Assembly (NCBI GenBank): GCA_000708835.1
Contig: DF236977.1
Coordinates: 62,001-126,000 of the forward strand
Origin: Klebsormidium nitens
Taxonomy: Eukaryota; Plantae; Klebsormidiophyceae
Direction: 5' to 3'
Length of the DNA: 64,000 nt
Position numbers and translations under genes: made by a program. The notes beneath the pieces are model-generated. The model was not told the origin of the DNA and did not search any database. It saw only the letters and a program-made list of their open reading frames with translations. Shown here piece after piece: positions 1-13,314 of this stretch. The stretch's first letter is position 1. Each line of letters opens with the position of its first letter.

Positions 1-65
1 ACTTGTGACAGCTCGTGGTGCCTTTGGTTGTGATCACCACTAGGTCCTTGCTTTATTCTCCTGTA

Positions 66-2756
66 ATGGCAAAGCGTGAAGCGCCTGCCGAAGCACCGCC
101 CGAGATTGTGGTGAGTTTCTTCTCGCAATTTAGCAGGACCAAGAGCTGGCCACAAATGCATGCACTCCCATGTGCCTTGACTGCTTCCTTTCAATCTGAA
201 ATTTTCTGCAAGACAACAGGTCTCTTGTCATCGATGCCTTAATATAAGTCTCATAGACACCCACGGATGCGCTGACCGTCTACAAAGACCTTGACATCCT
301 TGTTTCAACACTTTCTCACTTCTTCATGAAGGTATTAAGCCATAATTGGGAATGTTAGTAAGGCAGTCAGGCATCGCTCAAAAGTTAAAAGAGAATGCTA
401 CCTGTTTGACACTGCAGCAAAAACATGAAATGTACTTGTGTTTGGCATCTTTAGCTTGCTTATGTTGGGAGCTTTTGCATATTCCCATTACTCTGCTTGG
501 TAGAATGATAAGTAGATTGGTGCGCACAGGGCTGTTAACTGGGAATTTTCTAGCTAGAGAACTTGAAGTCATTGAAGTCGAAACTTGGTAGTCATATCCA
601 TTGAAAAATGGCTTCAGAAAATCAATGTGTTCCCTCCCTTCTGGATACTAGGAAAAGGATCCAACCCGTCGACAGTTCTACCCTCTTCTACCACTTTCCA
701 GTTCAATTCACAATCTTATAAGCTGCACCTGGTCAAACTCTGTCCAACACAATGCCACGCATAGTTTTCGCTTCACAGACACCCGTGACAATGACATCCT
801 TTACGTCTATATTTGACTGTGTTTGTGTCAATACCTTCAGCAGCAAAGATGATAGATTCTCGCTCCTCATCTACTCATGTTTTCTGTGCAGGCCTCTACA
901 AGCAGAGATGTGGAGGCTGCGGGACCAGCCCCGCTCCCTGATGACGCGATTCGCCTCCCGGAGAGTTTGCCTGGTTGGAAGTATGATGGAATCCTCTACT
1001 TCTCACGGCTACTCAGCTTTGTCACGGCCACAGCGGCTGTCATTTGCGCCGTGATCCACGGGCTGGCAGCATACCGCAGTTTCAAGTACCATGGAGATGT
1101 GAGCACATGTCTGGGAAACTGTTGCTGGGGCCGACCTGATTGATGACTGAGGGGATGCCCAACGGTCTGCTGGGGAGTCTCGATGCCTTTCAGAACTCCT
1201 TTTCTCAGGTTTCTTCTTCTGAAACAATCAGTTCCTGTGCTTTCCGGTGGCTTCAGAAATAGCACCCGAACTGAGTTGAGGTTTATCTTTAAGATCGAGC
1301 GAGTACTGTAGCATTGCTTCGAGAATCCAGGAGTAAAGAGTGAGTTGAGGTGTCTTCAGAAGGGTCTGGAATCCACTCGAGCTTGATCGGAGTTGACCGC
1401 TGGTCCCAAAAGCATTCGGTTGACTTTAATTGGTTCTGCTTGTGAAGCTGCATCACTCAAGTCTTCTCTTGCATAGGTTGTTCAGATCTTGTTCAATCAA
1501 TTCCCATTCCTCTTCTTCCACATTTAAGTCATGCAGAACCTGAGTGCGATCAACGATATGTTGAACCAAGCTCATGATCCGCAAAGCTTCTGCTTGCACT
1601 GGAGAAAAGTCTCTATCCCTGCAGGTGTTTCTTGGTATACTGCGGATATATGCTGTCCTGATATCGGTCTGGACGGCATTAGCAGAGACGGAGTGGGAGT
1701 TTGTCTTCAGGTCGTTCTCAGTCCTCCAATACTGGATCGCCCGCGGTGTGCTCCAGATCTTGTAAGGCGCCTTTCCTTCTTCTCGAGGTCTGTTATGCTT
1801 GTTGAGTTTTGGACAAAGCTGGGCAGATATACAGAATTCTCTGGTGTCCCAGTCCGTTCCCATTCGATAGAGTTCTCTCGGAACAAAGTCGGAACCAGGC
1901 CTGATAGCAAATATTGCTTTGCGAATATCGGGACCGGCCTGAATTCACCGCTCACCGTGCCTGCCTGTCATTCCCCAATTGCCCGCGGACGTCCATGTAC
2001 TGCTATATGTCCGTCACCAGAGTTCCTCCTGAAAAAAATTGGTCCGAGACTGGACCAAGCAATTGTGCACCTCCAATCAATTATTTGCCGACATCGAACG
2101 ATCGTTGGCAGTAACAGAAGCTGTCGAACCTGCCACAAGGTACTATTTGGTCTTTCTGCACGCTCGACAGGTACGTTTTGCCGAATTTTGGACAGTGCTG
2201 GTACCTACTCTACCTGACTCGGCGTCTTGCTCGCTTGCGCAGCGTCGCCGTGCTAACGAAGGCGCTTGGCCACACGGTGTTCTCGAGCGACTACGAGGTC
2301 CTTTTGCACATAGTGGCCAGCTGGATCCTCTTGGGATGCGGAATCGTGTACATCCTGGCCGTGAGTCGCATCTAAACTCCCTGCGACGTTTTGAGCATCA
2401 TTTCCAACAGTCGTGTCTGAACCCGCTCGTCTTAAGTGCAATCTCGAATTGATCGTGCGTCACCCAGAGTCATGTGCTGCAACACCATCTGAGTGACTCC
2501 GTGCGAAGTCCAGCTTGAGAGACTTGTGATGCTTCCGTCTACTTATTCGGATCTCGAGACCGAACCCATTGTGCTGGTATGACATATGCCGTTGATGTCA
2601 ACGAACTCTGATGACAGAAGTTGTGTTTCTGTCATGCAGGGAGCCATGTGCATCGGCAGCTTGAAAAGGACGCGCATGCAAAAGGCCTTGCGGCGGGAGG
2701 AAGCGATTCGAGATCTGCGGGAAAGTCACGGAGTTAGGGAACGTTTGCTCGCCTAG
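66..2756 (+). CDS. COPI-associated / Golgi membrane protein TVP15-like (5 exons, ~207 aa)
   Basis: Exons 66-110, 892-1098, 1625-1761, 2243-2360, 2640-2756, all GT-AG and phase-consistent (624 nt). Hydrophobic segments VFLGILRIYAVLISVWTALAETEW...LQYWIARGVLQIF and WILLGCGIVYILAGAMCIGSLKR match the plant TVP15/COPI-associated family as I recall it. Confidence 0.85.
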
Positions 2757-4204
2757 GATGTCTCTGTATGTCGAGCGGACCGGCTTCTTTAGAAACCTTT
2801 GACAGGTCGCTGTACGACGGTGTATGATCCGGTTAGGGAGTCGAGACAGTAGTGTAATATAGGTTGTCAACAATCAGAAACATAAGAGCCTCCAACTCTG
2901 GGCTGAGAGGCGTGCTGAGAGGCCACCAAGTGAGTTTGCAGGTCATGCATCACGATTCTAGCTTAGAAAGCATACGAGCGATCCCGACTGTCCCTCTCAG
3001 CATGAGAAGATCGTAGATAAGAATAAAAGCACTTCTAAGCAAAGCCCGAGTTGTGCCTCTGTTTTCGCCTTAACGTGTCAATCTGCAATGAATGAACCGA
3101 CTGGGAGGGCTGCCACGTTCAGCTCGAATGCGGTTTAGAGCGAGCTTGTGCAAAGGCAATAGTTCACATCGCCCGCGCCGGGTGCAAGCTGTAGCCGCCA
3201 CTGACCTGTTTACCCAGATCTTGGCTTATAGGCTGTTGCAGCCAGCGCACCTAGGTGGCATGCGGCCAGGGGTAAGCCCGCGCAGCATACAAATATGGTA
3301 CATAGATGCATGTAATAATGACCAGCTGGACGCTCTCAGCTGATACAGGCGTGACGGCTACATGCCGAGTCAGTGACGTGCGCGTACGTGTACGCACACC
3401 ATGTTTGCGCCACGGTGCAGGTTGGCTGGATCCTGGAAATTGTCACAGATTATCATCTAACATTGTATAAAACGGTTACTAGTGTACTGTTGTGTAAGTG
3501 AAGCATGTCGGATGTTCGTGAATTGGAATGCGTATGAATTATATGCTGAATCTTGGATCTAGATCATGTCCTAGCGGACTATATCATTACTGCACTGAAG
3601 CGCCGCCCAACGGATTCATATGCTAGCATGACAGTTACTGAGCCTGCGCAGCACATTACGAGCTTGCGCACATGTGCATGACCTGCGTTGGACTTATTGC
3701 AGCCCCGCCGCGCGTCTAGAGAATACCAGTCCCATGCCGGCATCTTCCACATTGAAAATGAAGGTCACCAAGAAGACACCGACAAGCCGGCGGCGGCGGG
3801 CTAGATTGCAGAACTTGTGCGCAAGTCGATGTTGCTGTGAGTTGCGCTAGCGGACGAGCTTATATGGATACTCATGAGCAGAGGGCGACCGCAGGGCAGG
3901 TGTCTGTTGGCGACTTTATAACGGATGTATTTGCGAACGGACGAGAAATGGACCCAAAGCAGAAGCTATGGCTCAAACAGAGTCCTGAAAAGTATAGAAG
4001 ACCTTTGAAGGCGTCATGAGCCACAAGATCAATGGAAGGACAACGAAACACTACTCGAGTGGGAGGGGTTTTCTCAGCACCAAGCTGAATATTCGTCCCA
4101 TCAACCTTGGTTCTTATAAGTCTACTTCCGAGCTCTTAGCTTGAGCTGATTCATTCAGAACGGCACGTAACCTCAGCGGCAGGTTCAACCTGCCGCCACG
4201 GACA

Positions 4205-5941
4205 TCAGTGGCACAGATCCTTGTGCCCCTCTTTCCAAGCCCTCTTTTGACAATCTGCAAAAAGAAGTGCAACGGGTACTCAGCGAGATATAAATCTTGC
4301 AACCCTGACTACCTCGAAAGGAATTTTGCGGTTGCAATCTCTGGTTACCCACCTGTCTGGTAGGTGAGACTGCTATTTTCCACAGTGAATAAGGCTCAAA
4401 GTGATTTGAATTCTAAACTTACTACGCTTACACGATTGTCCCATGAGGACTTTGAGTGATTGTTGGAACTAGTCCTGCGACAATGTTGTCATTTCGCTAA
4501 GCCAGACTTCTAAACACTTCTCGTACAGAATCCATGCAGTCTCATCATGATCTTGAGATACAAAAACTTGAAGTGTCTCACCTTTGCTGCAGTAGACAGC
4601 CAGCTTGCATCTTCCACACACCTGAAACTGGCCTGCCACAGACTCTGTATTGCCGCAACCAATGTTCGAGCATGTCCTGCGCTCGAGGCGTGCCCTGAAG
4701 GGAAGGGTTGCAAACTTTCGTCTCTCTTCACTGGAGCGTTGATCTTTGTCTTGCTTGTTTCTCCGCCTCTCAATGTGAAACGCTTCGCAGATGTCCTGTG
4801 GTGCTGCTGAGGTAGAATATACTCTGCATAGTTGAATTGCCCGTTGCACTGCCTTCTTGTCATCTTTGAAGCGCTCAGATACGTCTAACGTGGCCATCTG
4901 TCCGCCCTGAACCGTCTGGATCTCCTTTTTCCAGAAGTCATTCGCCGCACAGTTTACCAAGTCCCGGGCAAATTCGCCGATTCTGTCTCCCAGAGAAAGC
5001 AAGGCAAGGATTGAGGAGCCAAGAGACGGGTACTCTGAGATGCAATTTTCCTCCAAATCGGCGTTTGCGGTCATAAAGAGGAGCTGGATAGCCATGTCAA
5101 TTTGCACTCGGCTTTTTGCGTTTGCCAGCACGTGTTCCACAAGCTCGTACAGATCTCGTTTCAAGGCCCGCAGATCGACCTTCTGTGTGAATGCTGCATT
5201 TTGGACGATCCCAAGGGCTATGAAATATGATTCCGCTTCCGCTCTACTCGTTGCTTCGTCCACGTCTTTGATGCTCGCAGCATAAGTCAGGATCCCCTTC
5301 AGGAGAGCAGTATTTGCTGCATCTATTTTTGTGAAGCTTTCAGATCCCGCCATCAGGTTCATGAGCATTTTTGTCAACTCCGCCCCTGCCTGTCTTCGCA
5401 ATCTGCAGGCTTTGTGATGACTGACTTCTTCGGTTGACGGCTCCTCGAGTAACATACCACTTGCAATCTTAGCCACATCCGGAAATTCTTTGAGAATGAA
5501 AGCTACACAGCGGTTGTCCACGGCGGCCAAGGAAGCGAGACACTGGCTGTAGATCAGAGCTTTGTTGACCGTGATCTTCCGGGCTGATTTTGAGCTGAGG
5601 TCCAACGATTTTTCAACCAAAAGATGTTCCCAGTTCCCTGTTAGAACTTCTCTCATCCCTGACGCAATGGCTTGCACAGCACCCCTTTCAATCACGAAAG
5701 CGGCAACATGCACGTAAGCTTGACTCTCTCTAGTCATATGAAGGTTCTTGAGGCATTGCCTGATCTGGTATGACCCAATCAACCTTCTCTCTGAATCTTT
5801 GGACCGCGCTGATTCCAGGATCTCGAGCAGCAAGCCACACGTCTCGGGTTTTTGTATCCCTGCGCTCCTTAGAAGCTTAGTCAGAAGGACATCATCCGCG
5901 TAGCTGCTAGATCCGACGAAGCCCTCAGAGGCACCTGCCAT
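4205..5941 (-). CDS. Predominantly helical protein with C-terminal MYND-type zinc finger (2 exons, ~469 aa)
   Basis: Exon 5941-4582 splices in phase 1 to exon 4254-4205, completing CSNIGC...CGRCKLAVYCSKDCQKRAWKEGHKDLC, a MYND Cys/His pattern. The N-terminal region is Leu/Ala-rich and helical-looking; an ARM-like fold is an inference. Confidence 0.8.
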
Positions 5942-7341
5942 TCCAGACTCGAAGAAAGATGCAAGCCCCGTCCTGTTGCTCGTTTCTTTCTTCCAAGACG
6001 TGCTCAGTATCCCTGAAAGGCAGGCTCCGCTTCAAGTGCAAACGTCGCTGGCGCCCCTGTAGGAAGGTTTTTCTGCGTTGCAAGCCACTAAAAATGCGAA
6101 ATCACGGGAGTAAGCTGGAATATTGTTGCTCATGATGAGACGAACATCCCGAAAACGTTTCTGTTTACGTCACAGAAAACAAAGTAGGCGGCGAGTCGCG
6201 TCAAGCATGCGTGCAGGCTGGGGTGCCTTATCTAATCAGGCGATTGTTCGCAGCTTCCTAGGAGCCATTGTCATTGACGTTCCAAGTGACGGCTAAATTC
6301 GCATGTCACAGTCACAAGCTTCCCAGTCGCTATTCTAGTTCTGAACAAGTTTGCTTCTGCAATTTCGAAAAGTGGCTTGCATGGTCGATTGGTCGTCTGG
6401 GGGGCGCGTTGCTGACGTTGCAGTTTCGACATGCGCCGCAACGTGACCTTCACGCCCGCGCGCGCACGCGCGCACGACGGCCGGGCGACAAGAAGACGTG
6501 TGGATCGGATTCACTGGCACACTCTTCACCACTTGAAGCAGATACAGTCGCGACCGGGGCGACAGCTTTTGTGCCGGTCTGGATGCACCTCCGAGGAGTC
6601 CTAGGCAGACTCCAGATTGTAGCGGCCGCATATGGGCTAGCTTTTCGCTCATATGCAGATCATTCACGTAGAACTTTGTTCGATTGCAGATTCTCTGCAA
6701 GTTCAGGAGTCAGGAACGTGCATATGCGCAAGATGGATCTGAGCAGATCCGCCTGCTGCAAATGCATTGAAACCTCGAAAGACTGCAGATAAACGGCACG
6801 AGACCCATGAGAAGAGATACGGACATTCATGAGGGGAGCGATCTCTGTCTGCTTCACCCTTTGTTACTAAGGCTGAACACATGCATGATACAAGTTGCCA
6901 TGAGATGATGTTTCGATCGTCTATACTCCAAGTGGGCAGTAATCGGTACAGTAGCTTTAGGAGCAGTGAGATGATCCGTCATGCATGCCATATGGAGTGC
7001 TTTTGAGGAACAACTATCGGCCGTCGAACCTTCTTCTGTAAACGTTGATTCGGGTTATCCGATTCTGGACGGAGTCAATCTGCTGATTGCAACTAACGTA
7101 CAAACCATATTCCGCAAAGCCGCACGTCGACTGTAAGGCTTCGAACTTCAGCAGGTTGGATGCAGCCTTCAATGGCGAGTAAGGCGACTCTCAATGAGTC
7201 AGATCGCACTGAGCTCATGAGTCATTCTGCATAGGGTTGCTTGAAGCTCTTCCTCTCAGACCTTTGGTAAGTTGCCACGGTGCTGATCCAAAAAACGTCA
7301 GAAGAAGTAGGCAGATTGACATGATGTCTGTTTGGCGTCAG

Positions 7342-9911
7342 TCAGTAGAGCCTGGATACGAGCTCTTGCACGAGCTCATTCTCCGCAATGTCCTTGAACG
7401 TCACCCGCTCCGCTCCTTGAGAAGCTCTGCGAGCAGAAGAAACGAAGCGGTTTTGCGCAGTGCCAAGATTACGGCTGGCACCTCTCAGAACGGAACAGAT
7501 ACGTCATATTTGTGGTCTTTCAACAACTCTGGTGATGCACGCCAAGAATGCGAGTAACGCAATACCCAAATCTGCCGGTCTTCGAGAAGCATTTTGATCT
7601 TGAATTGATGATCTACATAGCCGTACCAGTGCTGATTAAAGACCCAAGCCTTCGTCATCCCAAGGACGGAGGCCAGAGTACTAGTCTGCCCGCTTTGAAA
7701 CGCAACAGTCAACAAGAAGCAATTCCCCGAAACTTTCTCGTTTGTCGATTTGCTGATCCGAGAGTAGGTAAATGGTTGGAGGGAATTCTGGAGTCGACTC
7801 ACAGGTCCCGCGATAGCTCCGCGGCAAATGTGGTGGTGACGTCCTGATCTCGCGCCGCTAGAATTCCAAACAGCTCCAGGAAGAGCTCCCGGGGCAGTGT
7901 CCCCGCCTCGTCTCCACAGACCAGGAACAGGTACTCGACGACAGACAGAAAGTTCTGCAGGGCTCACTTTCGTTCGTCAGTACTCTCCTACTCTCCTTGT
8001 TGCATCAGATGAAGCGTGCGAAGTTCAGAGCGCCTCGAAGATCAATGGCCGCAATCGTTAACCAGGAGTTGCTGCTAATATGCATAACGAATGTTCGAAA
8101 CCGCTTTGAAGGAAAAGGGCGCATAGATAATACGAAACTTTGGACGGAAAGCTCAAGGCCGCCTTTGCCATCCACTTCGGCATCACCCGTCCGCAGTTGA
8201 TGCGCAGCCAGCGAGATAAGCGATTCAAGCGACTTAACCGCTGTATGCTTACGAAGGACATGCCTACGAACTGGATCGGTAAGTCTCCATGGTCAAGGAC
8301 GCAAAGGAAGGGAACCCATACGTACGTGGACACCCTCAGGGCCTTCTACCGTTTGAGTCTATTGTCACGGCTTCTCGTGAAGAAACAAAAGCAGCGTTGC
8401 AGCTTACCGGGGCAGTCATCGTGATCAGGAGAACGAGCACCTCCTTTGGATTTACGGAGCCTCCCCAGTTGCCCAGCTTCCATGCTTTCTCCTGCAAGTG
8501 GACTCGTACCTTTGAGTCCGTCTGATGAGGTCCTGCAGACTTCAAAGGTTTTTCATGCGAGTATCTGCAGACGACGTTGACACCGTAAGAGAAACATTGC
8601 CTCCGAGAAACTCCAGTTGCGCACTGTTCGTCCGAGCTTGCCTTGCGGACTGGCCTTTTGAATACAGCCTCTTCCATCACACCTGAGCATCTTCTGTTGG
8701 TCTGCAGACTTTGGAAGCTCGCTCCGACGAAGACACGAGTACTCAATCCACATCTATCTGAAAGCAAGTCGCCTCAATAGTCAGGCTGTCGCTAGTGACG
8801 GTGCGGAGGGCGAACCGTTTCGTAGTAACCAAAGCAACGACCAGTACCCTTAGCCACCCGTCCCAGCTACCTCCCTGAGAAGCCAGAACAAATTTCGTTA
8901 CTCTAGGACGAGAGGGAGAGCCCACCGTTGTGCCCTCTGAGATACCCGCTGCCGAGCAGGCCCCTGCTACTGCATCTCGAGACATGCTCTCTGCCTCTCT
9001 GGTCCGTTCCCAGACTCTTTGCAGCTGCTCTTTCGTGGGCAGACTGTCGCTGCTCTGAGTCTGTGTGACTGCGGCCAGGTTTGCGAAGTACTTAGCCGAG
9101 AACTGGATGAGATCGGCGGGCTGGTGGCGCAACACCTGCAAGCGCCATTGAGATCGACTTCGAAGAAGAAAGAAGGACCTCACAGAGGCCTGGAAGCTTG
9201 CAATCGTTCGTTATCCCTTACGAATGTCGAAGAGCTTAAGTCGTAAAGAAAGCTGATAGGCAGCACGATTGCTGATGGGAAAGTGTCAAAAAGCGTGGCC
9301 AGCTTGGCAAGTTTGATGAGTCTGAAACGAAGCCCTGTTTTGCCAAATGGACACAAGCGTAATGACGCAACCTAGCCGAGCCACCCGCTTGGCCCAAAAA
9401 ATCGGTCAGATCTGGGTCTCTAGGCTGGCCGCTTTATGTGGCTTCGTTAAGCATAGGGCAACGCTCCGCCAGTGTCAAAAGCTGTTCTTCTATAAATACC
9501 ACATTCTGCCGTGTCTGCTTTTTGAAAGAAGCCCCAGGTGATTGTTGTATGCGTGAGCCCATCAGTACTCTGCTGACCGTACTCTGCTGACCTCCCGGGG
9601 GATACTTAAACACGGGCGGGAGCGCGTGTCGGCGAGGCGCGCAGAAGCGTGGCAGCGGCGCATTACAAATGTGAGCTGGTGAACGTCTTGTTGCAAGATT
9701 GTGCTTTTCCTAGTCCATACCATGAAAGGCAGGAATGGTTCCCAAGCAGAGGGAAAACGGGTCCACCTCTGTGAGGCATATTCGTGTGTGTGTGGAGGTA
9801 AGCCACCCAGCTGCAGCATGCTCTCACCTCCTTCGTAAAGGCCTTCAGAACATCTGCCAGGTCCGGTGGTATGTGAATCTGCTCTGCGCAGTATATCGGC
9901 TCAACATCCAT
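7342..9911 (-). CDS. RSP11: Flagellar radial spoke protein 11 / ropporin-1-like, RIIa-domain protein (5 exons, ~204 aa)
   Basis: Exons 9911-9828, 9135-8926, 8491-8408, 7954-7803, 7426-7342 (615 nt, phase-consistent). N-terminus MDVEPIYCAEQIHIPPDLADVLKAFTKEVLRHQPADLIQFSAKYFANLA closely matches the RIIa domain of Chlamydomonas RSP11/ROPN1L. Confidence 0.9.
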
Positions 9912-11357
9912 CTTGCCCTGTACTTGCGTAGATCAGAGGGTCTGCATTGGGACAAACAGTGGAAAACCTTGTAAAGAGCTCCTCTTCTACATCACTTACA
10001 ATAATTCTCACTGGACCCAATCAACTTGGGCAGCATCGAAAGGCTGTCTGAAGCCTAGGAATAATCCACTCTCTTTTCAAAGCTTCTCTCAGAGCTCATC
10101 CAACTGGACGCAGCTGAGTTAAGCATGCAGCACCACTAAAGTTGGGCAGTAGCACTGAGAGCTCCGGTTTCTGCAATTTGAACGGCCCTTCACGGTCAGG
10201 AAAGTAAGGCAAGGGCGTATGGTCTAATGTGCAAACATAAAGTGACCCTATGTTGATAGAGGTCCAGCTTTCATCATGGCAGCAAGAAAGCATATTGCAC
10301 CATAAGAGCTGAGCGCTGAAGTTGAGGCACTCTGCGACCGGGCTGCCCGCCCCTTTCCTTGTGAGCAGAGATAGTTGTATGCGTGGGCTTGGGACATGTG
10401 GATCTTTGAACATGTGCAGCTGTTCCAAAGCGCATCCAAACAATTACAGACTGCTGGTATGGTCAATTTTGAAAAAACCCGCTTACTCTGGGCCAGTATT
10501 GCGAGCCCGAAGGGCTGGAGCCTTGAGTAGAATCGTCCCCAGTATCTGTTAAAGTGCTCCCACGGACTCACTTGAGTAAGTGATGCACAAATGACTGCTT
10601 AGCTGGTTAGGAGGAGCTCAGTTGCTGCTGATGGGAGCCGCCAGAGACCTCAGACGATATTGCGCTAAGAGAAACTGTGAGATCTAAAGTCGTCAAATTG
10701 TCTTCCAAATTCAATGCGATCTGTCATGGGGCAGGGCCGAAATTCGAATGTGGAGCATCATGCATGGAAGGGAAGACTACTACATAGTACTGCTGGAAAA
10801 TTCAAGTTGCGAGTGCCTAGTAGTAGTGGCAGACAGTTTTCATCCGCCGTCTGAATGGAGACATGGCCTTGAAAGCGTCAATCGGACCGCTCACAAAGTG
10901 CATCAAATCAATCTGACGGTATAAACGTGCTCAACTCTTGACACAAACGACCAGCTCGTTTCAGCTCGTCTGCTCGAGGCAAATTAATTGAAAAGACTTT
11001 CCTCGAGAGCACACTGAGCAAAACTTACCAAAAGACAGTCTATCCTAAATTAATACAGGCCCCCTTTTGCCATTTTGAAGAAGAAGAAGCTGCTGCATTT
11101 AGCAATGCTGTAACTCGTCATTTTCGTCCACAGCTGCCCTTGAGCAGCCTGCCAGAGTCCGGTTGCAGGACGCACTTTGATGGTCTTGTTGAGTTAGTTA
11201 GATCTGGATTGAAGTCTCACCAATGTGGAATCGAGTGTAGAAAACACGGTGCTCTCTATAGTATAGAGAAGATATTGTTTGATTGTAATTCTGAACAAGG
11301 CGTACATTTCAATCTGCGGGCTTATTAAGCTTCACTTTGTCCTCTTAAAAGGAGAGC

Positions 11358-13314
11358 ATGGTCTTCTCCATTAAGTATGAAGTTTCGGAGAAGGACCGTA
11401 GCAAGGTGATCAGCGGCAGCTATGAGGTCAAGTCGGATGAAGATACCTTTAGAGGGCTCGCTGGTAAGCCGCCCTGTCGTTCTGTCTTGGGTGTTGCTCG
11501 GACCATGTGCATAAGTGACTGCTGCTTCTTTGGTTGTCTACATGCAGAAGCTTTTACAGTTTGTGGTGTAGCAAAACCGGGGGGAGCTGCAGTGGCATCT
11601 CACACCTAAAAGCCTTGAGTTGGCACGTTGAATAGCAACATAGAAATAACACTCAAATGGACCATAGAACGCCGTTCAAAGCGGACATCTAATCTGCACC
11701 TTCTTCGTTTGCGGGTAGAAATGAGTGTTGATTGTCAAAGCAGAGCTACTCAAAGAGGCGACTTTTCACTTCATTACCCATTGGTGCCAATGTTTTGCAG
11801 AGGCGGTGGCAGCCATTTACGAGCAATCGACCAATGAATCGGTTACATTCTCACAGCTCTACTTGGGGAAAAGTGGCGGAAAAGCTACAATGCATGAAGT
11901 TCCAGAAGAGACTCTTGATGGCAGTCTCACTTGTAAGTGTCGTCGAGACAGTAATGATCTTGTCCTGTTGCGTTTCTGCTCTTAATGCTGACTGTACGTT
12001 GTGGCTAGCATTGGTTCTCCTGAAGTCGATTAACCAATTGCTATTTTCTTCATGTCTATTCAGACGTATGCCAGTGTATCAGCTTATATCGATCAGGTTC
12101 TGTTGTGATGCTACTTTGCTATGCCCCGCAATTCACTGGCACTGCTTCGTCGACTACCTCATGCAGCGGGAACTGGGTAATCGAAACGGCAAGTCAATTG
12201 TTTGCAGATGACCTGATGTCCGACGTTGTTTGGGTTGTCGTCAAACGAAGCGAGGGAAGGTCAGGCATTGTTGCAGGCCACCTGGCTCCAAATAAAGCTG
12301 ACAAAGCGGTCTTTACTGTAAAGTACGAAGTGTCCAAGGCAGACCGCCAGGGTTTGATTGACGGAGTACACAAGGTGTACTCGGACGATGAAACATTCAA
12401 AGGGCTTGCTGGTAAGTTGGTAATCAAAGCTCCTCTCGCCCGTGTTTCAGTGACTTGGAAGCTTCCACGTTTTGTTCCGCTGCCCACGACATGTTCCGCT
12501 CTGCTGTGCGTGCAACCTGATCCTCTTCATATGACGTTATTTCTTGAGGCCGTTTCTCACGACCTGTCAAGGATGATTTCAAGCTTTGCAGATGCACATC
12601 GGAAGCGTAAGGGATGAAGACAGAGTGCCACCATCATCAAAGCCTTTTATTTGTTTGACTACTTCACTTTAGTTGCGAACCAAGTCCTTCTGAAAAGATC
12701 CGCTTCCTTCTGTAACCTGTAATCATTGCACGATTCGCTCCTCTCTTGATTTATGAAAGATGACAGCGACGTATCTTGTGCTGTGATGACAGACGCCTTG
12801 GTGGCAAAGTACCAGGAAGCCACCAATGAGCATGTCGACTTCTCCAAGCTGTACCTGGTGAAGAAAGGAGCAGCAGCTGCTAGTACGTTTGAGATCTCAA
12901 AAGAGTCTCTCAATGGGAGCCTTACTTGTAAGTATCCTCTTCTGTCCTGCTTATCAATCTCGACTTAGCTGTATGCTTGGCAACTCTCAGATGAGGTCTT
13001 GCATCAAGGGACCAACATTCTTTTCTGATAGATATTGCGAACCACTCAATTACACAAAAATGCGTGACCCCCTCTACCCAGATTCAAATTTCGTGTTTTC
13101 TGAGAGCATACCTAGTACACTTGCGTTTTTGACAAGAGAGAGCATCACACAAGGTAGTGATGGCTCCAAAGCAAAAGCACCCGTTTGGCCTGGTTTCAGA
13201 CGGGTTAGCTGATCTTTTGACGGTTCTGGCTGGGCGTTGACGACTTGAATTTTTTTTTACTATGCAGATGATTTGATGTCGGATGAGGTGTGGGTGGTTG
13301 TCAGAGCAGCTTAG
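11358..13314 (+). CDS. Uncharacterised protein of two tandem ~90-aa repeats, probably beta-grasp (ubiquitin-like/PB1/Crinkler-header-like) (5 exons, ~207 aa)
   Basis: Exons 11358-11463, 11801-11932, 12208-12411, 12793-12927, 13268-13314; all introns GT-AG phase 1; 624 nt open. Repeat 1 VFSIKYEV...TFRGLAEAVAAIY...SQLYLGK...GSLTYDLMSDVVWVVVK; repeat 2 VFTVKYEV...TFKGLADALVAKY...SKLYLVKK...GSLTYDLMSDEVWVVVR. The 5' end is uncertain because an acceptor-like sequence lies just upstream of the ATG. Confidence 0.8.

Noticed and set aside
1453-2217. Long ORFs 1531-2217 (+, 228 aa) and 1453-1863 (-, 136 aa) as a nested gene or retroelement
   Set aside because: They overlap TVP15 exon 3 in an alternative frame or antisense and show no recognisable motif; most likely chance ORFs.
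6268-6860. ORFs between the MYND and RSP11 genes
   Set aside because: No motif and no consistent exon chain; likely UTR/promoter sequence.
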